Assembly (NCBI RefSeq): GCF_036321535.1
Contig: NC_087436.1
Span: 92,196,001 to 92,260,000, forward strand
From: Camelus dromedarius
Taxonomy: Eukaryota
DNA: 64,000 nucleotides
Direction of reading: 5' to 3'
A program made the translations under genes and the position numbers. Positions 50,564 to 63,229 of this stretch are shown one piece after another. The notes beneath the pieces were generated by a model, which was given only the letters and a program-made list of their open reading frames with translations, was not told the DNA's origin and did not search any database. Position 1 is the stretch's first letter; each line of letters opens with the position of its first letter.

Positions 50564-51619
50564 AAGGATGCAAAAAAATGGATGAGAAACAGTTTCTCAT
50601 CCTCACAGAGTTCAGTCTCATAGGAGGTAGACCTTAACTGTAAGAACTCAAATACAAAGCAGCAATGAGCGAGCACTGGAGACGACGCCAAACATCAGGC
50701 GGCCCTGAGGTCGTAGCGGAAAACGTCCAGCATGGGAGGTTCTCAGAACCTCACGTCAAGTGCCTTAAGAAAGTAACACAGAAGAAATCAGGAGGACTCG
50801 CAAGAAATCAGCCAACAGGTCCCAAAAGAAATTAAATATGCTCTCCTTTTTCTGGTCTCTTTCTTGCTCATATTCTAGCACAGTGGGAGAATGCTGACTT
50901 TGTTTACTACCAACACACTTCTGCTTTCTTGTCGCAGAGAAAACAGTGAAGGAAGAGGGACCCCAGAAAACACTAGTGTCCGCCCCATGGTTTCCAAAAA
51001 GAGATGTGTGCTCTGCACAAGTATTCACCCCGGCAGAGACGTCACCTTGCAGAGACAAAAACTGTGCTTATTATCCAACAGCCTGGCCCACTCTTGAGTG
51101 TAGGTGTCCAAGTGTCAGGCTGAAAGGGAAGACGAATGCAGACCTGCCCCCACAGGCAGCCGGGAACTGTTTTGGAAAATTCCATGGTGTGTGACAGGTT
51201 GCTTTTCTGTACTCTCACATTTTAACAGGTTAACGGTATCAAAGCTATACTTTCCAAACACGTGTTTACAAACCTGGGTATCTTTGCAAGGAAATCACAA
51301 AATCACAGGACTAAACTGAAACGCGGATCCCATTCTGTGAGTGTGCATCGGGATTTCACACTCAGGGCATCGACTTCAAGGAAACATACACAAGAGCCCG
51401 ACTCACCTGCAGTCAAGCGGTGAACAGACAATCTTCTTGCTGAAGGAGCCTGCTCTGAACTTCATCGAGATCTATTTCTCAGAAGGAACATTCTCTCTCA
51501 GTGTTGTTCCCTCGTCTTTTTTCCCCAAACCGATGATGGTGCAGTGATGGGCTGCACTCTGTAGAAGGAAACACACGGGATTGGGAGAACATCAGGCTTT
51601 CGGCTTCAGGCAATGCTCA

Positions 51620-51980
51620 TAAGTCCAGGTTCCTCATCCATAAAACAAGGATAATAAAATCTATTAGTTACCTCACAGCATATTGTGAGAATTTAAGGAA
51701 GCAAATGCACGTGAAAAAACTGTAGAAACTACAAAATAATAATGTAATACCTAATATTTTGAGTGAACACTATGTACCTGGAATTTCCCATCTACTATCT
51801 CATTTAATACTCACAGTAATCCAAAAGATAGAACTGCTATTAGCCTCATTTTACAGATAAGAAAACTGAGCTTAGAGAGGTTAAGCAACTTGACAGCATC
51901 ACATTGGTAGTAAGTAGCCAAGCATAATGCACATTTGTTACTTTTTGGCCTTTGACACCCATTGTCCCTTGCCCACAGGG
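51620..51980. mobile_element. Two adjacent, oppositely oriented MIR fragments
   Basis: Plus strand 'ttcctcatccataaaacaaggataataa...gtgagaatttaa'; minus strand 'cctcattttacagataagaaaactgagcttagagaggttaagcaacttg'. Confidence 0.75.
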
Positions 51981-51999
51981 CTCCAGCTAGTCCTTTTAG

Positions 52000-52400
52000 G
52001 GAATTATAGCTCATTAACTCTAGTCTTAATAGGTAGCAAAATAGTTGATATCCATTATAAAAGTTAATAGGCCATCGTCTTCTTTCCACTAAACTGGAAC
52101 TGGAAGTGGGGGACAAAATTTAGCCCAACACTTTTTTCTGGGATTTCTACCCTTGAAGAATTCGTGTAAGGCTTTAAAAAATAATGAGGTCCCATTCCTT
52201 TAGAAACATCATTCTGATCTGACTGTTCCTATCTTGAGAAATTTCCTTCAGTTCTTGTTTCCTTGCCCCACCTCAAAACCACTGGTTTCCTCCTATTTCA
52301 AGATGTGGTTCTCCAATCTTTCAGTTTACCAATAAATTTCCTTTTTTGTTTAAGTTGGCCAGTATTTGTTTCTTTGCAATCAAAAAAAGCTAACTGATAT
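52000..52400 (+). mobile_element. Old MLT1 LTR 3' part
   Basis: 'ccaataaatttcctttttttgtttaagttggccag...gtttctttgcaatcaaaa...ctaactgata'. Confidence 0.65.
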
Positions 52401-54606
52401 ACCAAGCTAGGATCTCAACCCAGGGCAGCCTGAAATCCGAACCCCATGCACTAAACCAACAAATTATACTGTCTCTTAAAAGGTCACTTCAAGAATTAAA
52501 ATGTATGTCTTCTCTTCTCCAACTTGCAGCTGTATTCATCTATGATCCACCTGTTAGTTCATATGGTAGCTTCCGCCTTCTGAAAACAGATGTGAAAATT
52601 ATTTATTAAGTGATAATTTAGAAATTCTCTTGTGCCATGGATTTAAGGTGAATCACTGAGTCATTTGGAAATTGAATTGTCGAGCTGATAGGAACCTACA
52701 AGATCATTTTCACCTAACTTGGTAAAAAATAGAAGCATAATAAATTTAATGAAAATATCATCTGGTAGATTTAAACATTCTTCCTTCACTTGGTCTAGGA
52801 AGCAACTAGCACACTGCTTAGATGCAGTGTGTTATGGATGAGTCTTACCAAACACAAACTGTATATATGACTACAAAGACAAAAATTTATCTTTCTCAGC
52901 TTTGTTTCAAATTTAAGAAATATCCAGACTCTGCTAAGTGAGTAAGCATATTATTCCAGCAGCCCCTGGAGTAGCCTGAGCAATCATCATGGACATCAAA
53001 CAACAGGAAGCTTTCAGAAAGAAAAGCTTTCAGCCACTGTTTAATTTCCTCTCTAATTCCAAAGGAATAGATTCACTGAGTTCCTTGGGAAAGGACTCTC
53101 TTCCACTCTCTGAACACTTTTTTGTTTGTACTAGATGAAAAAGAGAAGCAATAAATCGATCTGGGCCCTTCGGGTCACACTTTTCTGAAGAAAGGACCGC
53201 AGGAAGGGAGTGGAGGAAACCACAGCACCGGGTTCGTGCAGTTGTTTGGAGCTGCCACCACCCACCCCAATGGATGGCCAGTTTTTCATGAAAGACACAA
53301 AATGTAAAACAGGTGCATTACTTTGGATTGTGTATTTAGAACTAAATGATATTTTCAAAATTCCCACTCATATTTATTAAAGAGCATTCTCCCCATTCCA
53401 GGGCTGAAAGATTCTTTCATCCAGCATGTACTTTTTTTTTTTTTTGAGGACTTTGAGGGACTATGTTAAACATGCACTGAGCTCAAATCAATACCTCACT
53501 CACTGTGAAGTCCACGCTGGAGGATCATCTTATAAAACATGATAGGGTCCTTCTAGTAATGCTGAGAACCCAATCCTACTGAATGTGCCAAGTGGAAACC
53601 ACAGAACTGAATTTCATCAAATGTAAGATGCTATCAGAAAGCAGGCTTTATAAATTTAAGTTTTAATGAAGTAAATAAAGACGTATTGATCACAAAATTA
53701 ATTTGATGACTAGTTTTAGTGAATGTGTACCTGTTTGGAATCATATAAATATTATAATGACTTGATCTAATATAGTGAATTCTGTCCAATTACAAGGTTT
53801 GAAAAACCATAGCCTAAAAAAATTATAAGAACAAAAAATACTGGCATAGAATCTTCTCAGCAATCTCGAATAGAATTATTTGATGGATCTAGAACACCAT
53901 TTGAGACATTTCTATTCACTTCTTTGAAGATCTTTAGTGAGAAAGTTAGAATAATGGTATAAGGGGATAGGAGCCTTCTATGGAGCCTTCTATGAAAGAA
54001 GGAATATCTATAACGACATGGCCCAAGAATACCACCTTTATCCTAAGAGTTGCTACTTTAAATATTTTCATTTACAATTCATTTTGAAAATTGATCTAAT
54101 GCTTTTAATGCATGAACAAACTTTCATCAAAATGGCCTTTTTACAGAATAAACTTCTCTTCAGTTTGCAAAGACTATATTCTATTCTTAAGCAAACAATT
54201 CTGGTTTCATATTTGTAGCACCATTAAAGAAAACTGGAGAGGTAACTTTTGCTTTGCACATCTTTTTGTTGCAAATCTTATTACCTCAAGCTTTTTTGTG
54301 GCTGCCAAAGTGGGGAAGAATTAATGAAATTGATGTTTGTATTTAAACTTGGAAATATGATGAGAAAATATGGTGTGTATTGGGTTTTTTCTTTGCCCTG
54401 CCTACTTTCTGGAATGTAAATTTATAATATATATATGTACAAATAGTTCCTTCTCCTCCTATTACGGAGATTTACAATCCCTTTCTCTCAATAAACATAG
54501 AAGCTATCACTTGTTGAGTACTTACTATGTGCCTGGTACACATACTAAGTTCTTTAGACTCATACAAGAACTCTATCACAAAGCTCACATTAAAACTGTG
54601 AAAACC

Positions 54607-54666
54607 CACCAGAAATTGACATATCATTGTAAACTGACTACTTCAATTTTAAAAAGAAAAAGAAAA
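54607..54666 (+). mobile_element. 60-bp L1 tail insertion with perfect 15-bp TSD
   Basis: aaaactgtgaaaacc at 54592-54606 and 54667-54681 flanks 'caccagaaattgacatatcattgtaaactgactacttcaa' plus an A-rich tail. Confidence 0.9.
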
Positions 54667-57019
54667 AAAACTGTGAAAACCTTTCCATTATTCATTCAAG
54701 ATTTATCAAGCAACTGCTATCAGACATCATTCCAGGCTTTGAAGATATGAGTAAACTAAAAAACATTAAGTCACTGTTCTTATAAAAAATAACAAAAATA
54801 GAGAGAACTTAAAAGCATCCACACATGAAAGGGTATCTTTAAAGTATGACAATTTGATTGAAAACAAATCAGCAGTTACAATGGAAGCCAGAAAATGCTG
54901 TGAAAATGTATTCAAAAAATATATTCAAAAGTCAATCTAGAATTGTATGTCCCAAAAAATTATTATTTGAGAATGAGGACAAAACATGAAAATCATTAGA
55001 TGAAAACAAACTGATTCTTCCATTAATAGATTCTAAATAAAAGCACTTAAAATATACTTCTAAAAGAAGACAAATTATCCCTGAGGGAGGTCAGAAAAGC
55101 ATACAAGAAGGGTGAACAAAGTAGATTCCATAAAATACCAATTGTGGTGGCCATATTATTATTTGTGTCCTGGTATCATCTTACCCATCCTGAAAATAAT
55201 GCATATAAATATACATACAAATTTGACACAACATTGTAAAATGACTATAACTCAATAAAAAAAAGTTTAAAAAATACAAACATCCATCAATATTACATAT
55301 ATTACTATTATGTTGCATGTTATTTTATATATGTATAAATTATTATTAGAGGGAAATATTATTTTCCTCTAAAACTTAACCTGGATATAAAATATAGAAT
55401 TTATATGAAGAGAAAATAAAGCCCCACTTTCTTTTAAGCATATTATGAATAATGGCTTTTTCTAGGCTCTACTATTTTAATCAACTGCAATTTTTATTAC
55501 CTTTTTTAACGTTCAAATCATCACAGCTTAGCCAGTGGGAGCTCTTTTCAAGTTGGTTTCTGAGTCCTGTCAACACCCTATTAGAACATTTCAAAGCATA
55601 TTTGCTTTCTGGCAACAAAAATTTCAAGGCTAATCTTGAAATATCTCTTCCCCAAGGCATACACAGAATTAGCTCCTCCTAGAAGCACTGACATTTTTAG
55701 TTGAATTTTACCATTTCTCTACAATAGCCCTACTTGAAATTTAACTCTTCACAAAACTATAATTAAACCTCCTTACTTTTATAATTTGATGAACTAAATA
55801 ATTTTTACTATTCTTATTAATATTTATATAACCACTTGATTTTTAAAAATCTGTTGGTAAAAATTGTCTAAAAGACAGTGCTAATATTTTGAGCGATCTG
55901 TAACGTTTTTATTCTGCTCTGATTTTATGCATTCAAATCTCATTTCAGCCCGATGTTTCTCATTATTTCCAGGAAGTTTCATCATTTTTTGTAATTTTTA
56001 TACAGCTCTATTTCTAAAAGCTGTCATTGTCTTTAGTAAGTATTGTAATTGCTTTTCATTTACTTATGAGAGAAAATTTTTAAATCAACTACTTGACAAA
56101 GGCTAAGATATATACTTTATCCCTCCATACACAGAGACAAACATATAAAAATCTTTGGTAGTTCTTTTTTAATTCAAGTAAGAAAAGCATTATATCTGTA
56201 AATAACAAGGCAAATTAAAATTGGAAAACACTTTTCAGTTTTTGCTTGGAGAAAAACAGATTCTGAGGCATGCAGAAAGATATAATTCATCATAGAAGTT
56301 CAATATGTAAGCCCTCACAGAAAAAGCATCTTCAGATCTCTTTGATGATATTTATATGGGCAAAGATATCCTCTGGTGCAAGACTGATTGAAACTGATGC
56401 TTTCAACTCTAAGCTCAAATTAGGAAAAGGTCCCGTAAGGATAGAGCAGCAATTCTCAATTAAAGATGCCTGATTGTTAGAGAAAATGATACTGATTATC
56501 TTGCCTCTGAATCTCAAATTAATTATGCAAGATAATTCTCTACGATTTAAGATTGCCTCTATTATGTGATTTATTAGAACTATCCTGAACCTTCTGGCCA
56601 CTTAACATACAGCTTTTTAAAAGTAATTGAAAAATGTGTTTCTTTTTCTGGCTGGCATTTATTTAAAAGTTTTAAGGACAATAACTTGAGATGTATCATC
56701 TAGACACAGGAATACTTAAAACATAGGTTTAGCTTTGCCAAAACGAAGTTGCAATTAGAACCTAAATTTTTCACTAAATCATCTAGTTTTTTTACAGTTT
56801 AAAAACCAAAAGTAATTTTGGCTGAATCTGAAATGATAAATAATTTGTCAAACTATTGGTGTTAGGTCCTATATTCATTATAAAGGGAAAACAAAGTGAA
56901 GAGATTGAATCTATATTAAAAGGTAGGCTTCCCTGAGATTATTTCTATGCTAGTATTGCCAGTCAATAATTAAATACTTTGTTAGAGTACAAAATGTGAT
57001 TTTTTTTTGCCCTGAGAAC

Positions 57020-57640
57020 TACCATATGAACCAGCAATTCCATTCTTTGGTTTATACCTGGAAAAAATAGGATACATGCACCCCAATGTTTATAGCAGCA
57101 CTATTTACAATAACTAAGACATAGAAGCAAACCAAGTGTCCATCAACAGATGAATGGGTAAGAAGATGTGGTATAAATATACAATGGAATATTACTTGGC
57201 CATAAAAAAGAATGAAACACTTTCTTCTGTAGAAGTATGTATGGAACTAGAGAATATTAGGCTTAGTGAAATAATTCAGAGAAGATAAATATTATGTATT
57301 ACTTATATGTGAATCTAAAAAAAATAACACAAATGAATCTATATGCAAAACAGAAAAAACTCACAGACAGAGAAAACAAACTTATAGTTATCAAAGGGGA
57401 GAGGGAAGGAGGGGAGAGACACATTAGCAGCATGGGATTAACAGATATAACCTACTATACATGAAATAGATAAGCAATGAGAATTTACTGTATAGCACAG
57501 GGACTTATACCCAATATCTTATAATAACCTATGATGGAATATAATCTGGAAAAAAAATAAACAATGAACCACTATCCTGTACACTTGAAACACAATATTG
57601 TAGATAAACTATACTTCAATAAAAATAAGTAATAATAATC
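57020..57640 (+). mobile_element. LINE-1 3' end (ORF2 tail plus 3' UTR)
   Basis: 'agaactaccatatgaaccagcaattcca...ccaatgtttatagcagcactatttacaata...actgtatagcacaggga...aactatacttcaataaaa'. Confidence 0.93.
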
Positions 57641-57649
57641 TAAATGAAT

Positions 57650-58250
57650 AATTGCATCATGCTTTGCAATTTATTTTTAAACATTATCCTTACTTGAATT
57701 TCCTGGAAAAAGCCCAATTTGTCCATGATGTATTTGTTTAGGAATTTTGCATCCATTTTCACAAGGAAGGATGACTTTTAATAATTCATTGTCAAAAAAA
57801 TATTCATTTGATTTTAGCATCATGATAATTTAGCCTCATCAAATTATTTGTAAAATGTTAGTTGTTCTATTTTTCTGAAAGGATTATATGGTTTTGGATT
57901 TATTTGTTTCTTGACAATGTGTTATATCTTGCCTTTTAATTGATCTAAATCTGTTTTATTTGTTCAGTTTTGGTTTTCATTTCGGCTTTTTTACAGGAAG
58001 GGGGAAAGATTTTTCATTACTGATCCAATTTCTTTAGAGGTGATAGGTCTATTAAGATTTTCTGGTTTTATTTCTACTTGATTCAGTATTGCTAAATAAT
58101 TTTCTGTGTGAAATTGCCCGTTGCAAGTCACTTTTTTTACATAAGATTGTTCATTGTTTACTGTATGTGTAATTTGATTCTGTATCTGTTGATTGGTCTT
58201 TTTCTCTCCCTTTTCCTTGATAAATTTCACCAGAGTGTGTACCAATTGTC
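57650..58250 (-). mobile_element. Ancient LINE-1 ORF2 remnant
   Basis: ORF 57991-58245 contains ENLNRPITSKEIGSVMKNL, an ORF2p motif (NLNRPITxxEIxxVIKxL). Confidence 0.8.
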
Positions 58251-60009
58251 ATGAGTTACCTTTTTTTTTTTTTAACAACTTAAATCAATTTAGCCAGTTA
58301 GTTTGGCTTCATGCATAAAGGCCAAAAAATGGTAGGCTTTTTCTTGGTAATCTTTTTTTTTTTTTTTTTTTTTTACTATTAAGCCTCTCATTTCCTGAAG
58401 TATATTTGTAATTACTCTGTGTTCAGTAGCCATGAAAAGAAACCAGTCTTTCATTATTATGAAGTAAATTTTCATGTCTTCTTCATGGCCAGTAAGAGGT
58501 GATGTTTCCTCTTTTTAGTCTCTCTGTGAATCTTTATTCACACATTTTACATTTCTCTGAGTTGTTCCTTTAAACTCTTTCTAGGGTTTCTCCATATCTT
58601 TAAAATTTTGAAACACAGAACTTAATATTAAACTTTAGAACTACCTGCAATAGTATTTAAAATAAAAGGATGATCCTAGGAACCCAAACACTCAATATGT
58701 CGTCTCCCTTTAACATTGCTTTAGGAGCCTTGAATAAGGAGGCTACGCAAAGTGGGTGAGTGGAGGTAAAGGCCTTCTGCACAGAGGACATCGTGACCCC
58801 AGATAAGCGTCCTCATTACCTTTTTTCTTATTAAGACCTCAGAGACTGCACTCTGATTTCTTGTCTGCTTCCACATAGTCCTTCCAAACAGAGTTTCCCA
58901 TGATCCTAGACAGCTCCGAGCTTTCTGAGTTTTTGCAGATTTCGTATGGATTTGTATTGCAAAAACGATAAGGAAACTGACTGAGATGACCTTAACTAAT
59001 CATAAAGGTTTAATATTTTCAATAAGTCACTGAACAAAATGACTCCAACATTCCTAAGGTCTGGGAAGGAAACTCTGCCTCCAGCCCTTTTTCTCTCTCT
59101 TTCTTCAGGCTCTCTTTGGTTTTGGTGACACTGCACCTCGGCAGGCAGGAGATGAATACGTCTGCTTCCTAGGATTGCTAATTCTGGAAAGGACAATAAA
59201 AATTAATTATATCTATATTACCCACATATCTTTTGGGGGGATAATAAAGGAACACTAATGACAAGTTAAAGATGGCACTGAATCCTTGGAATCACAAGGT
59301 CTGAGGTAAGTTTCCTCTACATTTTAGGAAATAGACTTTTATCTGTTTCTGTTTTTGCTTCTGCTTCATGAAAGTAAATTATAATGATCTTAGTCATTAT
59401 TCCCAGACAAAGGATGACAATTTATATTTCTTTCAAGAATCACTAACTCAAAAAAAAGAAAAATCAAAGTTCACAGAAGGAAACTAAGATATTAGGAAAG
59501 TATTTGTTTTTTAAAGAAAATTATAAAAAATGGGAATACAAATCCTTTCTGGAATAAGGCATGATTATAAGTCTATAAATTAAAACATTTTATCATCGAT
59601 TTTTAATGATAATAGGAAACAGAAAAAATATATTCAGTGAATATAAGTATAGTCTTCATCTAGGTTAGGAAGACAAAGAAAGGGTCACGGGTAGAAACAG
59701 AGAAGAAAGCAACAGAGATCAACAAGATAGAGGGAGAGGGAAAATGGAGGAGAGAAAAAGAAAGATATAGACATGCTGCAAGAAACAGTGTTGCCCATTA
59801 AAGGCTTTTTAAACAATTACTGTTACAGGCTGTTAAAGCTGGGCAATGGTGTTGCCCCAATAGGATTAAACAAAAATGCCAAATTTTGAACTTTACTAAA
59901 GAGCCAAAGGACAATAAGCTATGAGCTGGAGGTTTCCCATAATTTAAAGACTGCAATAAAATTTTAATATTCATTTAGAGAGAGAAATATGTATTTCCTA
60001 CTCTATCAT

Positions 60010-60480
60010 TTATAAATAAGTTTGGCTGCAAGTAAAGAAACCATGATTAACAGCAGCTTAAACAGAGTTTCTTTTCCTTTACAGAACAAGAAGTTCAGCG
60101 GAAGGTGGTAGCTGGTGTTCACTGACTGCTCAGTGATGTTATTTCTCTTTGTTCCAGTGCCCTGGCCACATAGACCTTATCATCATCGTGGCCTCCCATT
60201 CACTAGATAGCTCCTGAACCAGCAGGCCTCATGCCAACAGGCAAGGGAAGAAGAATGGGACTAGAGAAAAGCAATAAAGAACAAGGCCACAGGGGGATCC
60301 CCGCTGTGCCTGTCCCTTCTCATCAGGGCAGCCACGACATCCTGGGCACCTCACTCAGCCAGCCTGCACTTATCTCTCACAGGCTGGTACCACATTCCAC
60401 AGGGGATGTGGATGGGGAATGTGTGGTAAGCCACTCACAGTTTTAAGAGTTCTATTTTGCCTGGGGTCATACTTTAATGA
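60010..60480 (-). mobile_element. Old MLT1 (J/K-like) LTR
   Basis: 'tttggctgcaagtaaagaaacc...aacagcagcttaaaca...cagaacaagaagttcag'. Confidence 0.65.
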
Positions 60481-60954
60481 AGAGGACAATAGCTACGGTT
60501 CCCTTGGCAGTCCTGTTGCAGTGATCTGGTGGCAAAAAGAAGAAAGAGTTTCCTCCAAATGAAATTTTGTTCAGGGACAAATACATTTAGTCTTGCTATT
60601 GTAGTCAGTCATTCAAAGATACATTCCGGTTTGCACAAGATGTGTATCATAATCGTATGAAAAATGCAAGCACAATGCATGAAATTTTTCCAATTCTGCC
60701 AAGTCTTTACAGCTTAAAATTTAAAATACTAAGCTGTTTGCTCCACTCAAATTTGATTCTTCAAGAATTTAATTTGTCATTTGAATCTCACAACATAAGT
60801 ATTTGCCCTTATGTATATTTGGTGAATACAGTTGACCATGAATACTCTTATATCCTCTTATGAAGACACAGGAAAACACAGGTTAGGCAAATTACGTCTT
60901 CTCTCTCCAGATTATCTGGGTAATAAATATAATTCAAAATTTAGTATCCCTGAT

Positions 60955-61318
60955 GATTAATATATATATGTATGTATGTATACACACACACACATATACT
61001 AATGTATACATTTCTATATATATATTATATATATTAGTATATATATGATGATTAGCATATATGTATATATACTAGTATATATGATTAGTATATATATAAA
61101 CTAGTATATACAGTTATATATACACTACTTTATAATATCTTATATATATATAATATGTATTAGTTTATACATACTAATCCATATGGACTAGTATATATGA
61201 TTATATATATAAACTAGTATATATATTTTTATATATAAATATATATAAATAATGTATGTGTATATATAGATATAAACTAGCATATTTTAGCATATATATA
61301 ATTATATATAAACTATCA
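60955..61318. repeat. AT-rich compound (TA)n minisatellite with actag/tgattag modules
   Basis: Directly visible; repeated 'actagtatatatgatta..tatatataaactagtatata' blocks. Confidence 0.9.
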
Positions 61319-61842
61319 CAGGGTTTCAGGGATATAGTTTCATAAGTTTATGGCCCAGTATGTGTTTTAATATAATTTAGTATCTATCTTTAAAATTGTA
61401 GATATAATGTATCTGTATTCATGTATTCCTGGGGCAGAGGCATATTAGTCTATAAGGATAGCTACCAAATTTACCAAATGATTAAGAGTCGTGCTGTTTT
61501 CTGGGTGGTGGAGTGGAGGCATTTTGTGTTTGGGGGCACACGTGCACATGCACACTGGCACTATACTATGCCTGTATGATTATTTTTATCAAAATCCTCA
61601 TTACATTTTATTAGAAATGTTTGCATGTCAGTCTCTTCCATTAGCCATAATCTCTACAAGGATTCAAGGATCTTGTCATTTATTTCTATATCCATACTTT
61701 CCAGAAATTAGTAGGTGCTTGTTCTCAGAATGAAGTAATGACAGAGTGGGTTTGGTTTTGGACTTTCTCACTCAGGTCAGTCAGTGTCCAACCATTTGTC
61801 CACACACTCTAACCAGGATTTGATGATCTGTGTTCTTGTGGT

Positions 61843-62304
61843 TGTGCTAATATGTTAGCAGTGTTGCCAAGTAAACACTGTGGTTCTACAAAGATGAAGT
61901 CACGAGCCGCTGCATCCGCTGACCTTCAACACACCCTGAAAGGCGTTCAGGGTGGAAAATTGGAACGAGGCGCTCTGTGCTCTGAGAAAACTGGCACAAC
62001 AAGCCTTCAGATAGTATTTTCAGGAGAAGATTCTATGAGCGCAATTTCTTGCATCTTCTCATACCTAGGAAAGCACTAAAATCATTGATGGAGACATCTG
62101 ACCCTCGTGACTAGCAGCAACCTTCTATGGACATGTGTGTTTGACTGCACGTATCCCCTTCCCCAAAATCATATATACTGACCCACCTCTTCGGAGCAGT
62201 TCCTCCAAGCTCCCTGAGAGGCTGTCTCCCAGGCAGTGGTCCTCATTTGGCCCCAAATGAAACAACTCACAACTCTCACGTTATGCCTTCTTTAAGTGCT
62301 AACA
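61843..62304 (+). mobile_element. Solo ERV1-type LTR related to the 7829-8307 LTR
   Basis: 3' part 'acctcttcggagcagttcctccaagctccctgagaggctgtctccc...aaca' matches the reverse complement of about 7829-7945; 5' boundary tentative (near-TSD tggt/tagt). Confidence 0.75.
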
Positions 62305-62593
62305 TAGTTTTGGAAGATAAAAGTAATGCATCACTCAATATCCTTCAGATGCCTCTAACAGTAACATAACATCACATTCCTAACATTGCCTTAGGTCCCA
62401 TGATTACAGAGAACTTGATCCCAAATGCTGACCTATCACTATTGAGAATCTCATTGAATATTGCTCTAAATTACTGTTGACAGATACCAGTATTGACCTG
62501 TATCATCATTATTTTAATTTCCTATTCAGAAAAGAGTAGCATTTTTATCAACATTTCTTGTAATTACTTGGAAGTAAAAGAACTACTTTAAAA

Positions 62594-63048
62594 TATAAAA
62601 CGGCCGGGTCTAAGACTTGATTTGATTTACAAGCTAATAAATGAGCCCATTGTTCTTTCCTGGATGCTGGCAGAAGAGACAAAACTCCTGAGTCAGAGGC
62701 AGAGGGTTTTATTACTCAGGGCACAGCAAGCAGCTGGTGGATCAACATATTTACAAGGGTTCCTCTTGTCCCCAGGTCTCACAAGGAGACAGAGAGGGGC
62801 CCAGATGCAGATATTTACATCCCAGCTGAGAAACATTGAGATTGGGGAACCCATCACTTTTACAGAAAGAAGTACACAAGTTTGCTCTTTGGGGATAGAA
62901 AGAGATGCTACCTCATCTGTCTACATTACAACTGCATAAACATCCCTGAAAAATGGCCTCAGTAAACAGCATTAGGGCCTTACAATCTTAGCACACTCAG
63001 CAAGACATATAGGACACCAAGTGGCCTACAAAAACTATCTCTCCCCAA
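62594..63048 (-). mobile_element. ERVL-type solo LTR
   Basis: 'aaaactcctgagtcagaggcagagggttttattactcagggcacagcaag' (minus-strand AATAAA) and an LTR-like interior; family uncertain. Confidence 0.6.
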
Positions 63049-63229
63049 AAAAATTATTATATAAGCAAAAATTATCAATCAAAATTTGCACATTATGTAT
63101 TCTGCAGTGAACATAGAACAAGCCTATTTCCATGCAGTTCAATGCCTTGGTTCCACCCGGTTTTTATCCATACCTACTACGACCAGAGCGAAGAGTTGAT
63201 GAATGAAATGACAAGAAATGAGGCTGCAG

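Noticed and set aside
56270..56601. ORFs on both strands as a possible endogenous viral element
   Set aside because: I recognise no viral motif; only a tBLASTn/HMM search could rescue this.
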